64,000 nt of DNA from an uncultured Muribaculaceae bacterium (GTDB lineage Bacteria > Bacteroidota > Bacteroidia > Bacteroidales > UBA932). The DNA lies in assembly GCA_964642235.1 (NCBI GenBank), contig CAZXOP010000001.1:17497-81496 (forward strand), given 5' to 3'. Numbering within the stretch: the stretch's first letter is position 1; the number at the start of each line of letters is the position of its first letter. The position numbers and the translations under genes were made by a program. The notes beneath the pieces are model-generated. The model did not search any database. It worked only from the letters and a program-made list of their open reading frames with translations, and was not told the origin of the DNA. Below are positions 20,601-29,307 of this stretch, one piece after another.

Positions 20601-20841
20601 GATCCTGATACCCTACAAAGGTGAATACAAGAGTGGCATCTTTAGCACAGTTGATAGCAAACTTTCCATTTGCATCAGCAACTTGACCGTTAGATGTCCC
20701 TTTTATCACGATGTAAGCACCTGGTAACGGTTGTCCATCTTGGGAATCCGTTACCGTCCCTGTTACTTGGATGTTCTGTCCCCAAGATAGGGTACAAAAC
20801 ATTAGCATCAAGGAAGAAAGAAAAAATTTAATTTTTTTCAT
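17611..20841 (-). CDS. SusC/RagA-family TonB-dependent outer-membrane transporter
   Basis: 1076 aa with a signal peptide, a carboxypeptidase-regulatory-like domain ([24 protein letters not shown]), a plug domain, and a beta-barrel ending in F. There is no N-terminal STN signalling extension. Confidence 0.93.
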   Translation of the reverse strand: MKKIKFFLSSLMLMFCTLSWGQNIQVTGTVTDSQDGQPLPGAYIVIKGTSNGQVADANGKFAINCAKDATLVFTFVGYQDLEVAVNGRSIINASMASQNILEEVVVTALGITRDKKSLGHAIQEVKGDQLTKAGHLNMAGAIAGKVAGLQVSAAGGQVGAGSRFVIRGNSSLGNNEPLFVVDGIPITNDQTVYGSVNNGSGIMDINPDDIESISVLKGGAGALYGMRAGNGVILITTKSGKNNRGGVSISYDGSFTVDQMFNIPEMQNKYGQGYQGSEYDYNVAKAGGFTGTYQQYVDANCYAWGGIDSNADESWGPRLDVGLLIPQINSPIVGGVRQKTPWISQPNNINDFLELGYSMNHNVSVLGKSDKFNVRASLGVRDQKGAIPNTDQKRYSAQINARYDINKLISFDLTMNYAHTHSDNLPMTAYNAGNPLQSMLEWFGRQVDMKDQKANWEKIDESTGKPYSWNPDYHQNPYYTVYKNTNTYDRNRLFGKASLWLNATDWLKFEARLGYDYYGSKNLQRIAYNTDQPSGGFYDYNMKNIEMNADAIAYINKSFADEMFNVSAVLGANFRDAQFSSLGLGANALIVPELYTVSNASGAPYTAYGHSHIRSNSLYANASIGFKSMVYLDVSVRNDWSSTIKDPFFYPGVSLSWIPTATFEGLKGEFLEYLKIRGGWAKIGSATSAYQTDKYYSAVATPILGQGQFYMPTTLPPAGLRPESVVTAELGLEAHLLKNRIGLDLSLYSKVTSDQILSMAVARPTGYSTMMVNAGEFSNKGIEVQLRGTAVQTRDVTWDVIVNWSKDYSTVNELYTDPKTGQRLLNYQIGNQWSTYLYAKAPIKDENGKITKQYSWGTLYGYGHATDDKGNIIVDASGFPKAETKDLGEVTPNWLASLSSELRYKDFSFGFMFDYRHGGKFFSVTSMWGQYTGILKMTAEGDIREREIVYGVDIFKDLKFVKEDGSPNDIKVTARDAFPYVYSDRSFAVADGSFLKLRELHLTYQLPASKLPKNGFVKGFNVSLIANNVAILWLHPSNYAKIDPESGTSSGNSGVGLESGSYMPSRSVGLKVGLTF

Positions 20842-21108
20842 CTAATGATAATTTTTGGTTAATAAATTAGGTTAATAAAATAAGTAAAATTGGTTTGGAT
20901 AGTTAGTTCTAAGTAATTCTAATGTAAAATAGTACAATGGACTATTTCCTATAAGGAAGCAGAGAAATGCCTTACAAGAAAGAAATAAGCCGAAGTCAAT
21001 AATAGACCAGAGATCGATTATAAGAATAAGTTGTATTAGGTTTCATAATAGCTAAATAATTAATTCCGTTAATTAGTCTTAGCATCATGTTTAGGTGCTT
21101 TGGCTACG

Positions 21109-21116
21109 CAAATATA
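21109..21116 (-). promoter_or_regulatory. candidate -7 promoter box (TATATTTG on minus strand) for the minus-strand susC/susD pair
   Basis: Plus-strand caaatata lies in the 448-bp divergent intergenic region and would give a leader of about 260 nt. Confidence 0.35.
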
Positions 21117-21212
21117 GTTTTTAATTCTTTAATGTCAAATTTTTTTTATCACCCTGTTTTATTTTGGATATAGCTTCTATAGCGTTTTGGTTTGGATTAT
21201 CAATATTTTGAC

Positions 21213-21220
21213 TATATTTG
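21213..21220 (+). promoter_or_regulatory. candidate -7 promoter box TATATTTG with upstream TTTG (-33-like) for the plus-strand susC
   Basis: TAnnTTTG match with a TTTG at 21191..21194 (18-nt spacer), about 70 nt upstream of the ATG at 21290. Confidence 0.5.
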
Positions 21221-21289
21221 CACAAGGATTACGCTAAAATAGCATTATACTTTAACATTAAACATATTACTAACCAACAAATTAATTTC

Positions 21290-24200
21290 ATGAAAAGAAT
21301 CAAATTTATTTTCACGGCGTTACTGTTATTGTTTTCTTTAAATTCTTTCGCTCAGAATGTAACTATTAAAGGAAAAGTAACGGACGCAAGCAGTGGAGAG
21401 CCAATTCCATTTGCCTCTATCCAAATTAAAGGTACTATGACCGGCACTGCCACTCATGATCTTGGGGAGTATTCTATCTCCGCTCCAACTAACGGAGTCT
21501 TAGTTTTTAGCTCTATAGGGTATAAAAACTTAGAAATACCCATCAATGGACGTACTTCTATAAGCGCCTCATTGGAACCCGAAGCCCTTGCACTCGAAGA
21601 TGTTATAGTAGTTGCATACGGCTCTGTCACTAAAAAAGATTTTACCGGTTCTGTAGCCTCATTTGATGGTAAAAAACTCGAAAAACGTCCTTTGACTAAC
21701 GTTGCTAACGCTTTGGAGGGTGTCTCCACAGGTATTCAGTTTACTTCCGCTTCAGGTCAGCCAGGTTCTTCAGGCTCGATTCGTATTCGCGGTATCGGTT
21801 CAATTAATGCGTCAAGCGATCCATTATATATAGTGGATGGTGTTCCCTATTCAGATGGGATGTCAAACCTTAATTCCGATGACATTGAGTCTATTTCCGT
21901 TCTTAAAGATGCCTCCTCTTCTGCTCTTTATGGGAGCCGTGCAGCTAACGGAGTCGTGATTATAACCACTAAAAAAGGGCGTTCAGAGAAGATCCAGTTT
22001 GTTGCTAAAGTTAACTACGGAGTCTCTGTCAGGGGTATTCCTGAGTACGATAGAGTAAATGCTTATGATTATTACCCTCTTCTTTGGGAAGCTTATCGTA
22101 ACTCTGTACTCACTACTACTACTCCGGCTATCACCCTCGATGCAGCAAATTTGAAAGCTACAAATGATATAAAAGGGTTACTTGTTAATAACCCCTTTAA
22201 TGTAGCGGATAATGCGATTGTTGGTACAGACGGAAAACTAAATCCTGCTGCTAAACTCCTTTATACTGAGGATTTAGACTGGGCTAAAGCTATAGCAAGA
22301 GTAGGTCATAAACAAGACTATTCAGTCTCTGCAAGTGGTGCCACCAATAAAGCTGATTATTATTTTTCAATTGGCTACATGAAAGAACAAGGATATAGTA
22401 TCAAGTCTGATATGAATAGGGCTACTGCTCGTATTAATATGAACGTTCAGCCTACAAAATGGTTAAAGGCAGGTGTAAACCTCTCAGGAACCTCTTCAAA
22501 GTCTAGCATAACCAATGATGATTCTTCTACAGGTTATGTAAATCCTTTCTTCTTCTCAAGAGATATTGGTCCTATTTACCCTATTTATCAGCATAATGCA
22601 GATGGTAGTTATCTGTTGGATGAGCAGGGTCAAAAACTATATGAGTGGGATAAGAGGGGTGCTTCAGGTTCTCCCGGAAGACACGTAATAGCTGAGACAC
22701 TATGGAATGATAATATGAATAGAAGGAATGTTATCAATAGTAGAACTAATGCCGAAATTACATTTATAAAAGGATTGAAATTTAGCGTAAACTTAGGGTA
22801 TGACCTAAGAAATCAGCTTGACTCCAGATATGATAATACCAAAGTGGGAGATGGTGCTCCTGCCGGTCGTTCAAATGCCACTGTCTATTTTTATGAGACT
22901 ATCAACTTTAACCAGCTCCTCTCTTATCAGAATAGTATAGGTAATCATAATTTTAATCTTCTTGCAGGTCATGAGACTTATGATAGAAGTTATGAGTATG
23001 TTTATGGTATGAAACAAGGAATTATCGCTGAAGGAAATACCAAGCTTGTTAACTTTACCACTATCAACTCATTCACCGGGTATTCGGGCAACTATAGAAC
23101 AGAGGGTTATTTTGCAAGAGCTGACTATAATTATTATAACAAATATTATGTTTCTGCCTCTTTCAGAAGGGATGGTACATCTAAATTTGCCCCCCAATCT
23201 CGTTGGGGTAATTTCTGGTCTCTCGGAGGTTCTTGGAGATTGGATCAAGAGAATTTCCTAAAATCTTCACCGGCTATCGACTTGTTAAAACTACGTCTCT
23301 CTTATGGGCTTGTAGGTAATGACGGAACAGATTCGTGGTATCCTTGGCAGTCTGTTTATGATATTAACAGATATGGAAATGCCCCTGGATTCATTCAAAG
23401 TACTTCAGCCGGGAATGATAAACTACAGTGGGAGGTAAATAAGTCTTTCGACGTGGCAATAGATTATGGTTTCTTTAAAAATAGAATTACCGGCTCTATT
23501 GAGTTCTTCCATAGAATTTCAGACAACCTTCTCTTCTCTGTTCCACTTCCTGAGTCCTCCGGTGTGCTTGCACAATGGCAGAATGTGGGATGTATGTATA
23601 ACCAGGGTATCGAGTTCCAATTGGGTGCGGATATTATAAGGAGTAGAGACTTTGTATGGAATACTCTTCTAAACGCATCTCATGTGGAAAATAAAATTAC
23701 CAGACTTCCTGAAGGACAGCCTGAAATTATTTCCGGGACCAAAAAGCTATCAGTAGGTCATTCTATTTATGATTTCTGGTTATATGATTTTGCCGAAGTA
23801 AATCCTGAAACGGGTGATGCTATGTATTATAAGGATATTAAGGATGCAGAGGGCAATGTAACCACACAAAGGGGAGATAAGACCAATGACTATGCTTTGG
23901 CAGATGAATATTATGTTGGAACTTCCATTCCTATGGTATATGGGAGCTGGAGTAATACCTTCTCTTACAAAGGTCTTGAATTATCAGTTCTTCTAACTTA
24001 CCAACTTGGCGGTAAAATTTATGATAGTGCATATATAAGACTAATGACTCCAACTTATGGTGGTTCATTACATGCTGATGCACATAAGAGATGGAAAGTC
24101 AGTGGTGATGTTACTGATGTACCAAGGCTTGATAACTCAAGAAATGCTTACCAATATGCAGCTTCATCAAGATGGTTAACTGATGCTTCATATTTAGGGG

Positions 24201-24409
24201 TAAGAAATGCTACCCTCTCATATAGTTTTCCCAAGAAAGTTTGTGAGAAGTTAACACTTAGTGGACTATCAATTTTCGTGAATGGTGAGAATCTCTACTC
24301 TTTCACGGCAAGAAAGGGGATGAACCCTCAGTATAATTTCGCAGGGACTCAGTCCAACGTTTACGGATATGCCCGCGCTATTACTTTTGGCTTAAATGTT
24401 AAATTTTAA
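21290..24409 (+). CDS. SusC/RagA-family TonB-dependent outer-membrane transporter
   Basis: The signal peptide MKRIKFIFTALLLLFSLNSFAQ starts at the internal ATG; the ORF-track TTG at 21218 overlaps the promoter box. It has a CarboxypepD_reg-like domain, a plug, and a barrel ending VKF. Confidence 0.93.
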   Translation: MKRIKFIFTALLLLFSLNSFAQNVTIKGKVTDASSGEPIPFASIQIKGTMTGTATHDLGEYSISAPTNGVLVFSSIGYKNLEIPINGRTSISASLEPEALALEDVIVVAYGSVTKKDFTGSVASFDGKKLEKRPLTNVANALEGVSTGIQFTSASGQPGSSGSIRIRGIGSINASSDPLYIVDGVPYSDGMSNLNSDDIESISVLKDASSSALYGSRAANGVVIITTKKGRSEKIQFVAKVNYGVSVRGIPEYDRVNAYDYYPLLWEAYRNSVLTTTTPAITLDAANLKATNDIKGLLVNNPFNVADNAIVGTDGKLNPAAKLLYTEDLDWAKAIARVGHKQDYSVSASGATNKADYYFSIGYMKEQGYSIKSDMNRATARINMNVQPTKWLKAGVNLSGTSSKSSITNDDSSTGYVNPFFFSRDIGPIYPIYQHNADGSYLLDEQGQKLYEWDKRGASGSPGRHVIAETLWNDNMNRRNVINSRTNAEITFIKGLKFSVNLGYDLRNQLDSRYDNTKVGDGAPAGRSNATVYFYETINFNQLLSYQNSIGNHNFNLLAGHETYDRSYEYVYGMKQGIIAEGNTKLVNFTTINSFTGYSGNYRTEGYFARADYNYYNKYYVSASFRRDGTSKFAPQSRWGNFWSLGGSWRLDQENFLKSSPAIDLLKLRLSYGLVGNDGTDSWYPWQSVYDINRYGNAPGFIQSTSAGNDKLQWEVNKSFDVAIDYGFFKNRITGSIEFFHRISDNLLFSVPLPESSGVLAQWQNVGCMYNQGIEFQLGADIIRSRDFVWNTLLNASHVENKITRLPEGQPEIISGTKKLSVGHSIYDFWLYDFAEVNPETGDAMYYKDIKDAEGNVTTQRGDKTNDYALADEYYVGTSIPMVYGSWSNTFSYKGLELSVLLTYQLGGKIYDSAYIRLMTPTYGGSLHADAHKRWKVSGDVTDVPRLDNSRNAYQYAASSRWLTDASYLGVRNATLSYSFPKKVCEKLTLSGLSIFVNGENLYSFTARKGMNPQYNFAGTQSNVYGYARAITFGLNVKF

Positions 24410-24422
24410 TTAAAAGAAGAAT

Positions 24423-25916
24423 ATGAAAAGAATATATATATTATTAGCCCTAATGGCAATATTGGTGGGTGTTACTTCTTGTAGTAAAGACTTCTTAAAT
24501 ACTGCTCCAACTTCTTCTTACGATGCGGGGATGATATTTACGACTACCGATAATGCAAAATATGCCATAAATGGGATGCATAAAGCAATGGTGGCTCAGT
24601 ATAACAGCAGACAAAACCAGAGCGGTTATACAGGGATGCAAATTTTAATGGATGTGCTTGGAGAGGACGTTGTTTTCCCTACTAGAGGGAATGGATGGTG
24701 GGTAAACGAGCTACAATGGCTTGGTCACACCGATGAAAACAACTGGCCTACTCTTTATCCTTATAGATTCTTCTATAAGTTAATAGCTAACGCCAATATG
24801 ATTCTCGATAATGTGGATAATACAGTAGGACCAGAGGGGGATAAAATAATGATTAAAGGTCAGGCTCTTGCATATCGTGGATTATCATATTTTTGGCTTG
24901 TTCAACTTTATGGAAAGAGGTATGTAGCAGGAGGAGATAACACAAGTTTAGCTGTTCCTTTGGTTATAGATTCTAAGGAGGTTGAAAAACCTCTTGAAAC
25001 TGTGGATAAAATATATGCACAAGTTATCACAGATTTGGAAACCTCTATTACCCTCTTGCAAGATCCTAAAAACACATTTAAGTCCCCAAGCAAGGCTGAT
25101 TTCACAGTTCCTATCGTTCAGGGACTTAGGGCGCGTGTTGCTCTTGTAATGCAGGATTGGGTAAAGGCTGAACAATATGCTGTTGCCTCTTTGACTAAAT
25201 CAACCTCCACGCTGATGAGTCAGGCTGATTATACAGCCGGTTTTAATAATGCGACAAATCCTGAGTGGATGTGGGGATTCGAAATGATCTCTGACCAGAC
25301 TCTCTATTTCTATGGCTACATGGCATATATGTCTTGGAACTTTAACTCAACCAATATTCGTACATGCCCTAAATGTATTAATAGTAAATTATATGCTGAA
25401 ATTTCAGGAACTGATATTCGTAAAACTCTTTGGGACCCCACAGGCAAAGCATGGACAATGCCTAGAACTACATACACCAAGAAACCTTATATGAATAGGA
25501 AGTTCCAAGTTTTGGATCCGGCGAGCTCTGTTGCAGATGCTGTTTATATGAGGAGAGCAGAAATGCTTCTTATAGCTGCTGAAGCACAGGCTATGCAGAA
25601 TAAGGCCGCAGATGCACAGAATAATCTATTTACTTTGCTCAAAGCAAGAGATAATAGTTATGTTAAATCTTCTTCCACCGGAGCAACCCTTCTTAAAGAG
25701 ATACATACTCAAAGAAGAATTGAACTTTGGGGGGAAGGTCATCGTTGGCTTGACCTAAAGAGATTAAACCTATCTCTTGATAGAAATGGTGCAAATCATG
25801 ATGCTGCCGTCTCCTTAACAATGTCTGTTCCTGCAGGGGATGCAAGGTGGAAATTCAAGATTCCTAAGAATGAAATTGATGCTAACAAACAAATACCAAA
25901 AAACATCAATCAGTAA
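24423..25916 (+). CDS. SusD/RagB-family outer-membrane lipoprotein
   Basis: 497 aa with a lipoprotein signal (GVTSC) and the C-terminal RRIELWGEGHRWLDLKR motif typical of SusD-like TPR proteins, 13 nt downstream of susC. Confidence 0.92.
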   Translation: MKRIYILLALMAILVGVTSCSKDFLNTAPTSSYDAGMIFTTTDNAKYAINGMHKAMVAQYNSRQNQSGYTGMQILMDVLGEDVVFPTRGNGWWVNELQWLGHTDENNWPTLYPYRFFYKLIANANMILDNVDNTVGPEGDKIMIKGQALAYRGLSYFWLVQLYGKRYVAGGDNTSLAVPLVIDSKEVEKPLETVDKIYAQVITDLETSITLLQDPKNTFKSPSKADFTVPIVQGLRARVALVMQDWVKAEQYAVASLTKSTSTLMSQADYTAGFNNATNPEWMWGFEMISDQTLYFYGYMAYMSWNFNSTNIRTCPKCINSKLYAEISGTDIRKTLWDPTGKAWTMPRTTYTKKPYMNRKFQVLDPASSVADAVYMRRAEMLLIAAEAQAMQNKAADAQNNLFTLLKARDNSYVKSSSTGATLLKEIHTQRRIELWGEGHRWLDLKRLNLSLDRNGANHDAAVSLTMSVPAGDARWKFKIPKNEIDANKQIPKNINQ

Positions 25917-25942
25917 TTTATTTTATCAAAAATTATCTATTA

Positions 25943-25975
25943 AAAGCCGATTAATTACATTAGTCGGCTTTTTTA
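25943..25975 (+). terminator. rho-independent terminator after the first plus-strand SusCD pair
   Basis: Stem aaagccga / tcggcttt followed by a T-run. Confidence 0.6.
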
Positions 25976-26075
25976 TTTCATTTTTTTACTTATATTTGCA
26001 TTTAGTTATGATGTGAAATGTTCGTAAACTAATTAAAGTTCTTTATTTTACACTATATTTTATACTATTTGTATA

Positions 26076-26083
26076 TACTTTTG
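26076..26083 (+). promoter_or_regulatory. candidate -7 promoter box TACTTTTG for the second plus-strand susC (alternative TATATTTG at 25991..25998)
   Basis: There are two TAnnTTTG matches in the 234-bp spacer. The nearer one is 68 nt upstream of the ATG at 26151. Confidence 0.35.
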
Positions 26084-26150
26084 GGATATTACTATTCTAT
26101 TTATATATCACTAACTAATTACTTAATTTATTAACCAAAAAATTATTTAC

Positions 26151-29100
26151 ATGAAAAGAATCAGACTTTTTTTAACGGGTCTATTGCTTGTAATGACTGC
26201 AAACTTATTTGCACAGAATCTACAAGTTACAGGAACTGTTACTGATGCATCTACAGGAGACCCAATTCCCTTCGCTTCCGTTCAAGTAAAGGGAACCATG
26301 GTTGGTACTGCAACAGACGACAATGGTAAGTATTCCATTTCTGTCTCAGCTAATGGTGTTCTAATTTTCAGCTCAGTAGGTTACACAAATGTTGAAACCC
26401 AAGTGATGAATCGCACTGTCATCAATGCAGCTCTGCCTGTTGATGCTATTGCTTTGGAGGATGTTATCTTAGTTGCGTATGGAACAGCTAAGAAATCTTC
26501 TTTTACAGGGTCAGCAGTTTCTGTTTCCGGAGACAAAATTAAAAAGACACAAGTTTCTAACATCTCTAAAGCATTAGAGGGAGCTGTCCCTGGTCTTCAA
26601 ACTGCAAGTAGCAGTGGTACTCCCGGTTCAGGTGCGAGTATTATTATTCGTGGACTCGGTTCTATCTCTGCTTCTCAGTCTCCTCTTATAGTGGTTGACG
26701 GTGTTCCTTATGAAGGTTCATTGAACTCAATCCCTACTCAGGATATTGAGAACCTTACAGTATTAAAGGATGCTGCCGCTAACTCTATGTACGGAGCCAG
26801 AGGTTCTAACGGAGTTATCCTAATTCAGACAAGACAGGCTAAAACTGATGTTATTCAGGTCTCTTTTGAGGCTCGCGCCGGTGTTAACACAAGGGGAGTC
26901 CCTGCCTATAATATTATTACCAACCCTGCCGAATATTATGAGATGATGTATGAATCTATCAGAAATTCACTCACAGAAGGTGGTGGAATGTCCCTTATGC
27001 AGGCTAATCTTTTTACTGCTGATAAACTTATAAGCAATTATCTTAAATATAACATCTATAAAGGTGTTGCGGACAATGCTCTTATCGACCCTTATACAGG
27101 GAAGATTAATCCTAATGCTAAAACCTTAAAATGGACAGACAACTGGAGCACAGACCCTTTCCATAATGGTATTCGTCAGGAGTATAACCTTAATATACTC
27201 GGAGGTACTGAGAAGACTAAGGCTTATGCCTCTGTCTCATATCTTGGAGATGATGGTTATGTTTCTAACTCAGGTTTTAATAGAATAGCTGCCCGTGTTA
27301 AAATCGATCAGACTGTTAACAAATTCATTAAAGCAGGGGTAAACCTCGCATACTCTAATACAGAGCAACAGACATTTGGTTCTGCAAGTTCTAACTATTC
27401 TAATATCTTTATGTTCTCCCAGAGCATTGGTCCTATCTATCCTATCTATTTATATGATGCAGATGGACTTCCTCTTAAAGATGTAAATGGTAAAACTCGT
27501 TATGACTATGGTACTGAATATAATCGTCCTTATGCACAGGAGCAGAATCCACTCTCATCTTTAATAAATGGAGAGAGAAAGTATGTAAGGGATAATATCT
27601 CCTCAAGAGCTTATGTTGATTTTAATATAATGAAAGATCTTAAATTCACAGTCAACATGGCTTATGACGTCTTCTTGGATACCAATACCGAGTTTACCAC
27701 CCCTGTTGGAGGTGATGCAAAAGGTGTAGGTGGTAGAGGGTATAAGACTTCAAGTAGATATGCAGCTCTTAACGCTAACCAGCTCCTTAGTTACTCTCCT
27801 ACATTTGGCGACCATTCGATTAGTCTCCTTTTAGGACATGAGAACAAACGTGATAACTCCAACTACTTAATGGGACACATGACCAATTTCGTAGATATTT
27901 ATAACCCCGAATTTGCAAATGCTACTCTTTATCAGGATCTTACTTCAAACACCTCAGAGTATGCGTTGGAGGGTTATTTCGGAAGAGCGGAGTATTCTTA
28001 TAAAGACAGATATTATCTATCCGGTTCTTATCGTATGGATGCTTCGTCACGCTTTGCTCCGGATGTACGTTGGGGTAGTTTCTGGTCAGTGGGAGCTTCA
28101 TGGAGAGTTACAGGAGAGGATTTCTTAAAAGGCTCAAATATCATTAATAACTTAAAACTTAAAGCCAGTTATGGTACCCAAGGTAACGATAACATCGGTA
28201 TGTCCAAAGTTTATCTTGACCTATATACCATCTCAAGAGTTAACGGTAAAGCCGGTGTAAGTAAATCTTTCCGCGGAAACCCTGCTGTTACTTGGGAAAA
28301 GAGTACCAATATGAACGTCGGAATCGAAGCCGGTTTCTGGAACAGAGTTAATATAGCTGCTGACTTCTTTATTAAGAAGACCACAGATATGATCTATTAT
28401 CGTCCTCTTCCACCATCCGAAGGGAGTCCTTCTTCTAAGATAGTAAACGATATCGATATGAAGAATACCGGAGTTGAGTTTGAAATTTCAGTTGACGCTG
28501 TTAAGACAAGAGATATCAGATGGAATATCTCATTCAATGGTACCACATATAAGAACGAACTTACCAAACTTCCTTCCGATAAAGACCCTAAGGGGTATCA
28601 GGCAGGTTCTTATTGGAGAAAATTAGGCGGTTCACTTTATGATTATTATACATACCAGTGGGCAGGGGTTAACGAAGAGAATGGAAAACCTCAGTACAAG
28701 AAATATGTTAAAGATGCTGAAGGTAAAGAGACCGGAGAGATAGAACTTGTTAATAAGACCTCAGATGCCACTCTTAAGGAGGTAGGTAAATCCTCTATTC
28801 CTAAACTTTATGGAGGTATTACCACCACCCTTGATGCTTTTGGAGTTGATTTATCTATTTCAGGTGCATATCAGTATGGTGGGTATGTTTGGGATTCATT
28901 CTACTCTTCATTGATGAACCCAGGAGATGCCGGTAATAATATGCATACCGATATGTTCAACCGCTGGACAGTAAATAATAAAAAGACTGATGTTCCAAGA
29001 CTTCTCTATCAAGATAGGGATGCTAATGCAAGTTGTGACAAATGGTTAGTTACTGCTTCGTATTTCTCTTTAAGAAATGTTACCTTAGGATATACTATAC

Positions 29101-29279
29101 CAAGTAAACTTACTAATAAAGTGGATATCCAAAGAGTAAGAATATATCTATCGGGAGACAATCTATGGCTCAAATCAGCTAGAAAAGGTCTTGACCCTCG
29201 TCAGTCATTTGATGGTGGTACAGGATATGTTTATTCTGCTTTAAGTACTTACTCAGTAGGTCTTAATATCGTATTCTAA
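26151..29279 (+). CDS. SusC/RagA-family TonB-dependent outer-membrane transporter
   Basis: 1042 aa with a signal peptide, a CarboxypepD_reg-like domain, a plug and a barrel. It is clearly paralogous to the 21290 susC: compare VTDASTGDPIPFASVQVKGTMVGTATDDNGKYSIS with VTDASSGEPIPFASIQIKGTMTGTATHDLGEYSIS. Confidence 0.93.
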   Translation: MKRIRLFLTGLLLVMTANLFAQNLQVTGTVTDASTGDPIPFASVQVKGTMVGTATDDNGKYSISVSANGVLIFSSVGYTNVETQVMNRTVINAALPVDAIALEDVILVAYGTAKKSSFTGSAVSVSGDKIKKTQVSNISKALEGAVPGLQTASSSGTPGSGASIIIRGLGSISASQSPLIVVDGVPYEGSLNSIPTQDIENLTVLKDAAANSMYGARGSNGVILIQTRQAKTDVIQVSFEARAGVNTRGVPAYNIITNPAEYYEMMYESIRNSLTEGGGMSLMQANLFTADKLISNYLKYNIYKGVADNALIDPYTGKINPNAKTLKWTDNWSTDPFHNGIRQEYNLNILGGTEKTKAYASVSYLGDDGYVSNSGFNRIAARVKIDQTVNKFIKAGVNLAYSNTEQQTFGSASSNYSNIFMFSQSIGPIYPIYLYDADGLPLKDVNGKTRYDYGTEYNRPYAQEQNPLSSLINGERKYVRDNISSRAYVDFNIMKDLKFTVNMAYDVFLDTNTEFTTPVGGDAKGVGGRGYKTSSRYAALNANQLLSYSPTFGDHSISLLLGHENKRDNSNYLMGHMTNFVDIYNPEFANATLYQDLTSNTSEYALEGYFGRAEYSYKDRYYLSGSYRMDASSRFAPDVRWGSFWSVGASWRVTGEDFLKGSNIINNLKLKASYGTQGNDNIGMSKVYLDLYTISRVNGKAGVSKSFRGNPAVTWEKSTNMNVGIEAGFWNRVNIAADFFIKKTTDMIYYRPLPPSEGSPSSKIVNDIDMKNTGVEFEISVDAVKTRDIRWNISFNGTTYKNELTKLPSDKDPKGYQAGSYWRKLGGSLYDYYTYQWAGVNEENGKPQYKKYVKDAEGKETGEIELVNKTSDATLKEVGKSSIPKLYGGITTTLDAFGVDLSISGAYQYGGYVWDSFYSSLMNPGDAGNNMHTDMFNRWTVNNKKTDVPRLLYQDRDANASCDKWLVTASYFSLRNVTLGYTIPSKLTNKVDIQRVRIYLSGDNLWLKSARKGLDPRQSFDGGTGYVYSALSTYSVGLNIVF

Positions 29280-29307
29280 CTATTAACACTATAATTATAC
29301 ATAGAAA

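Noticed and set aside
21218-21289. ORF-track N-terminal extension (MHKDYAKIALYFNIKHITNQQINF) of the plus-strand SusC, also at 45075..45146
   Set aside because: It starts at a TTG that lies inside the TATATTTG promoter-like box and has no signal peptide. The internal ATG at 21290 gives a canonical signal peptide (MKRIKFIFTALLLLFSLNSFAQ).
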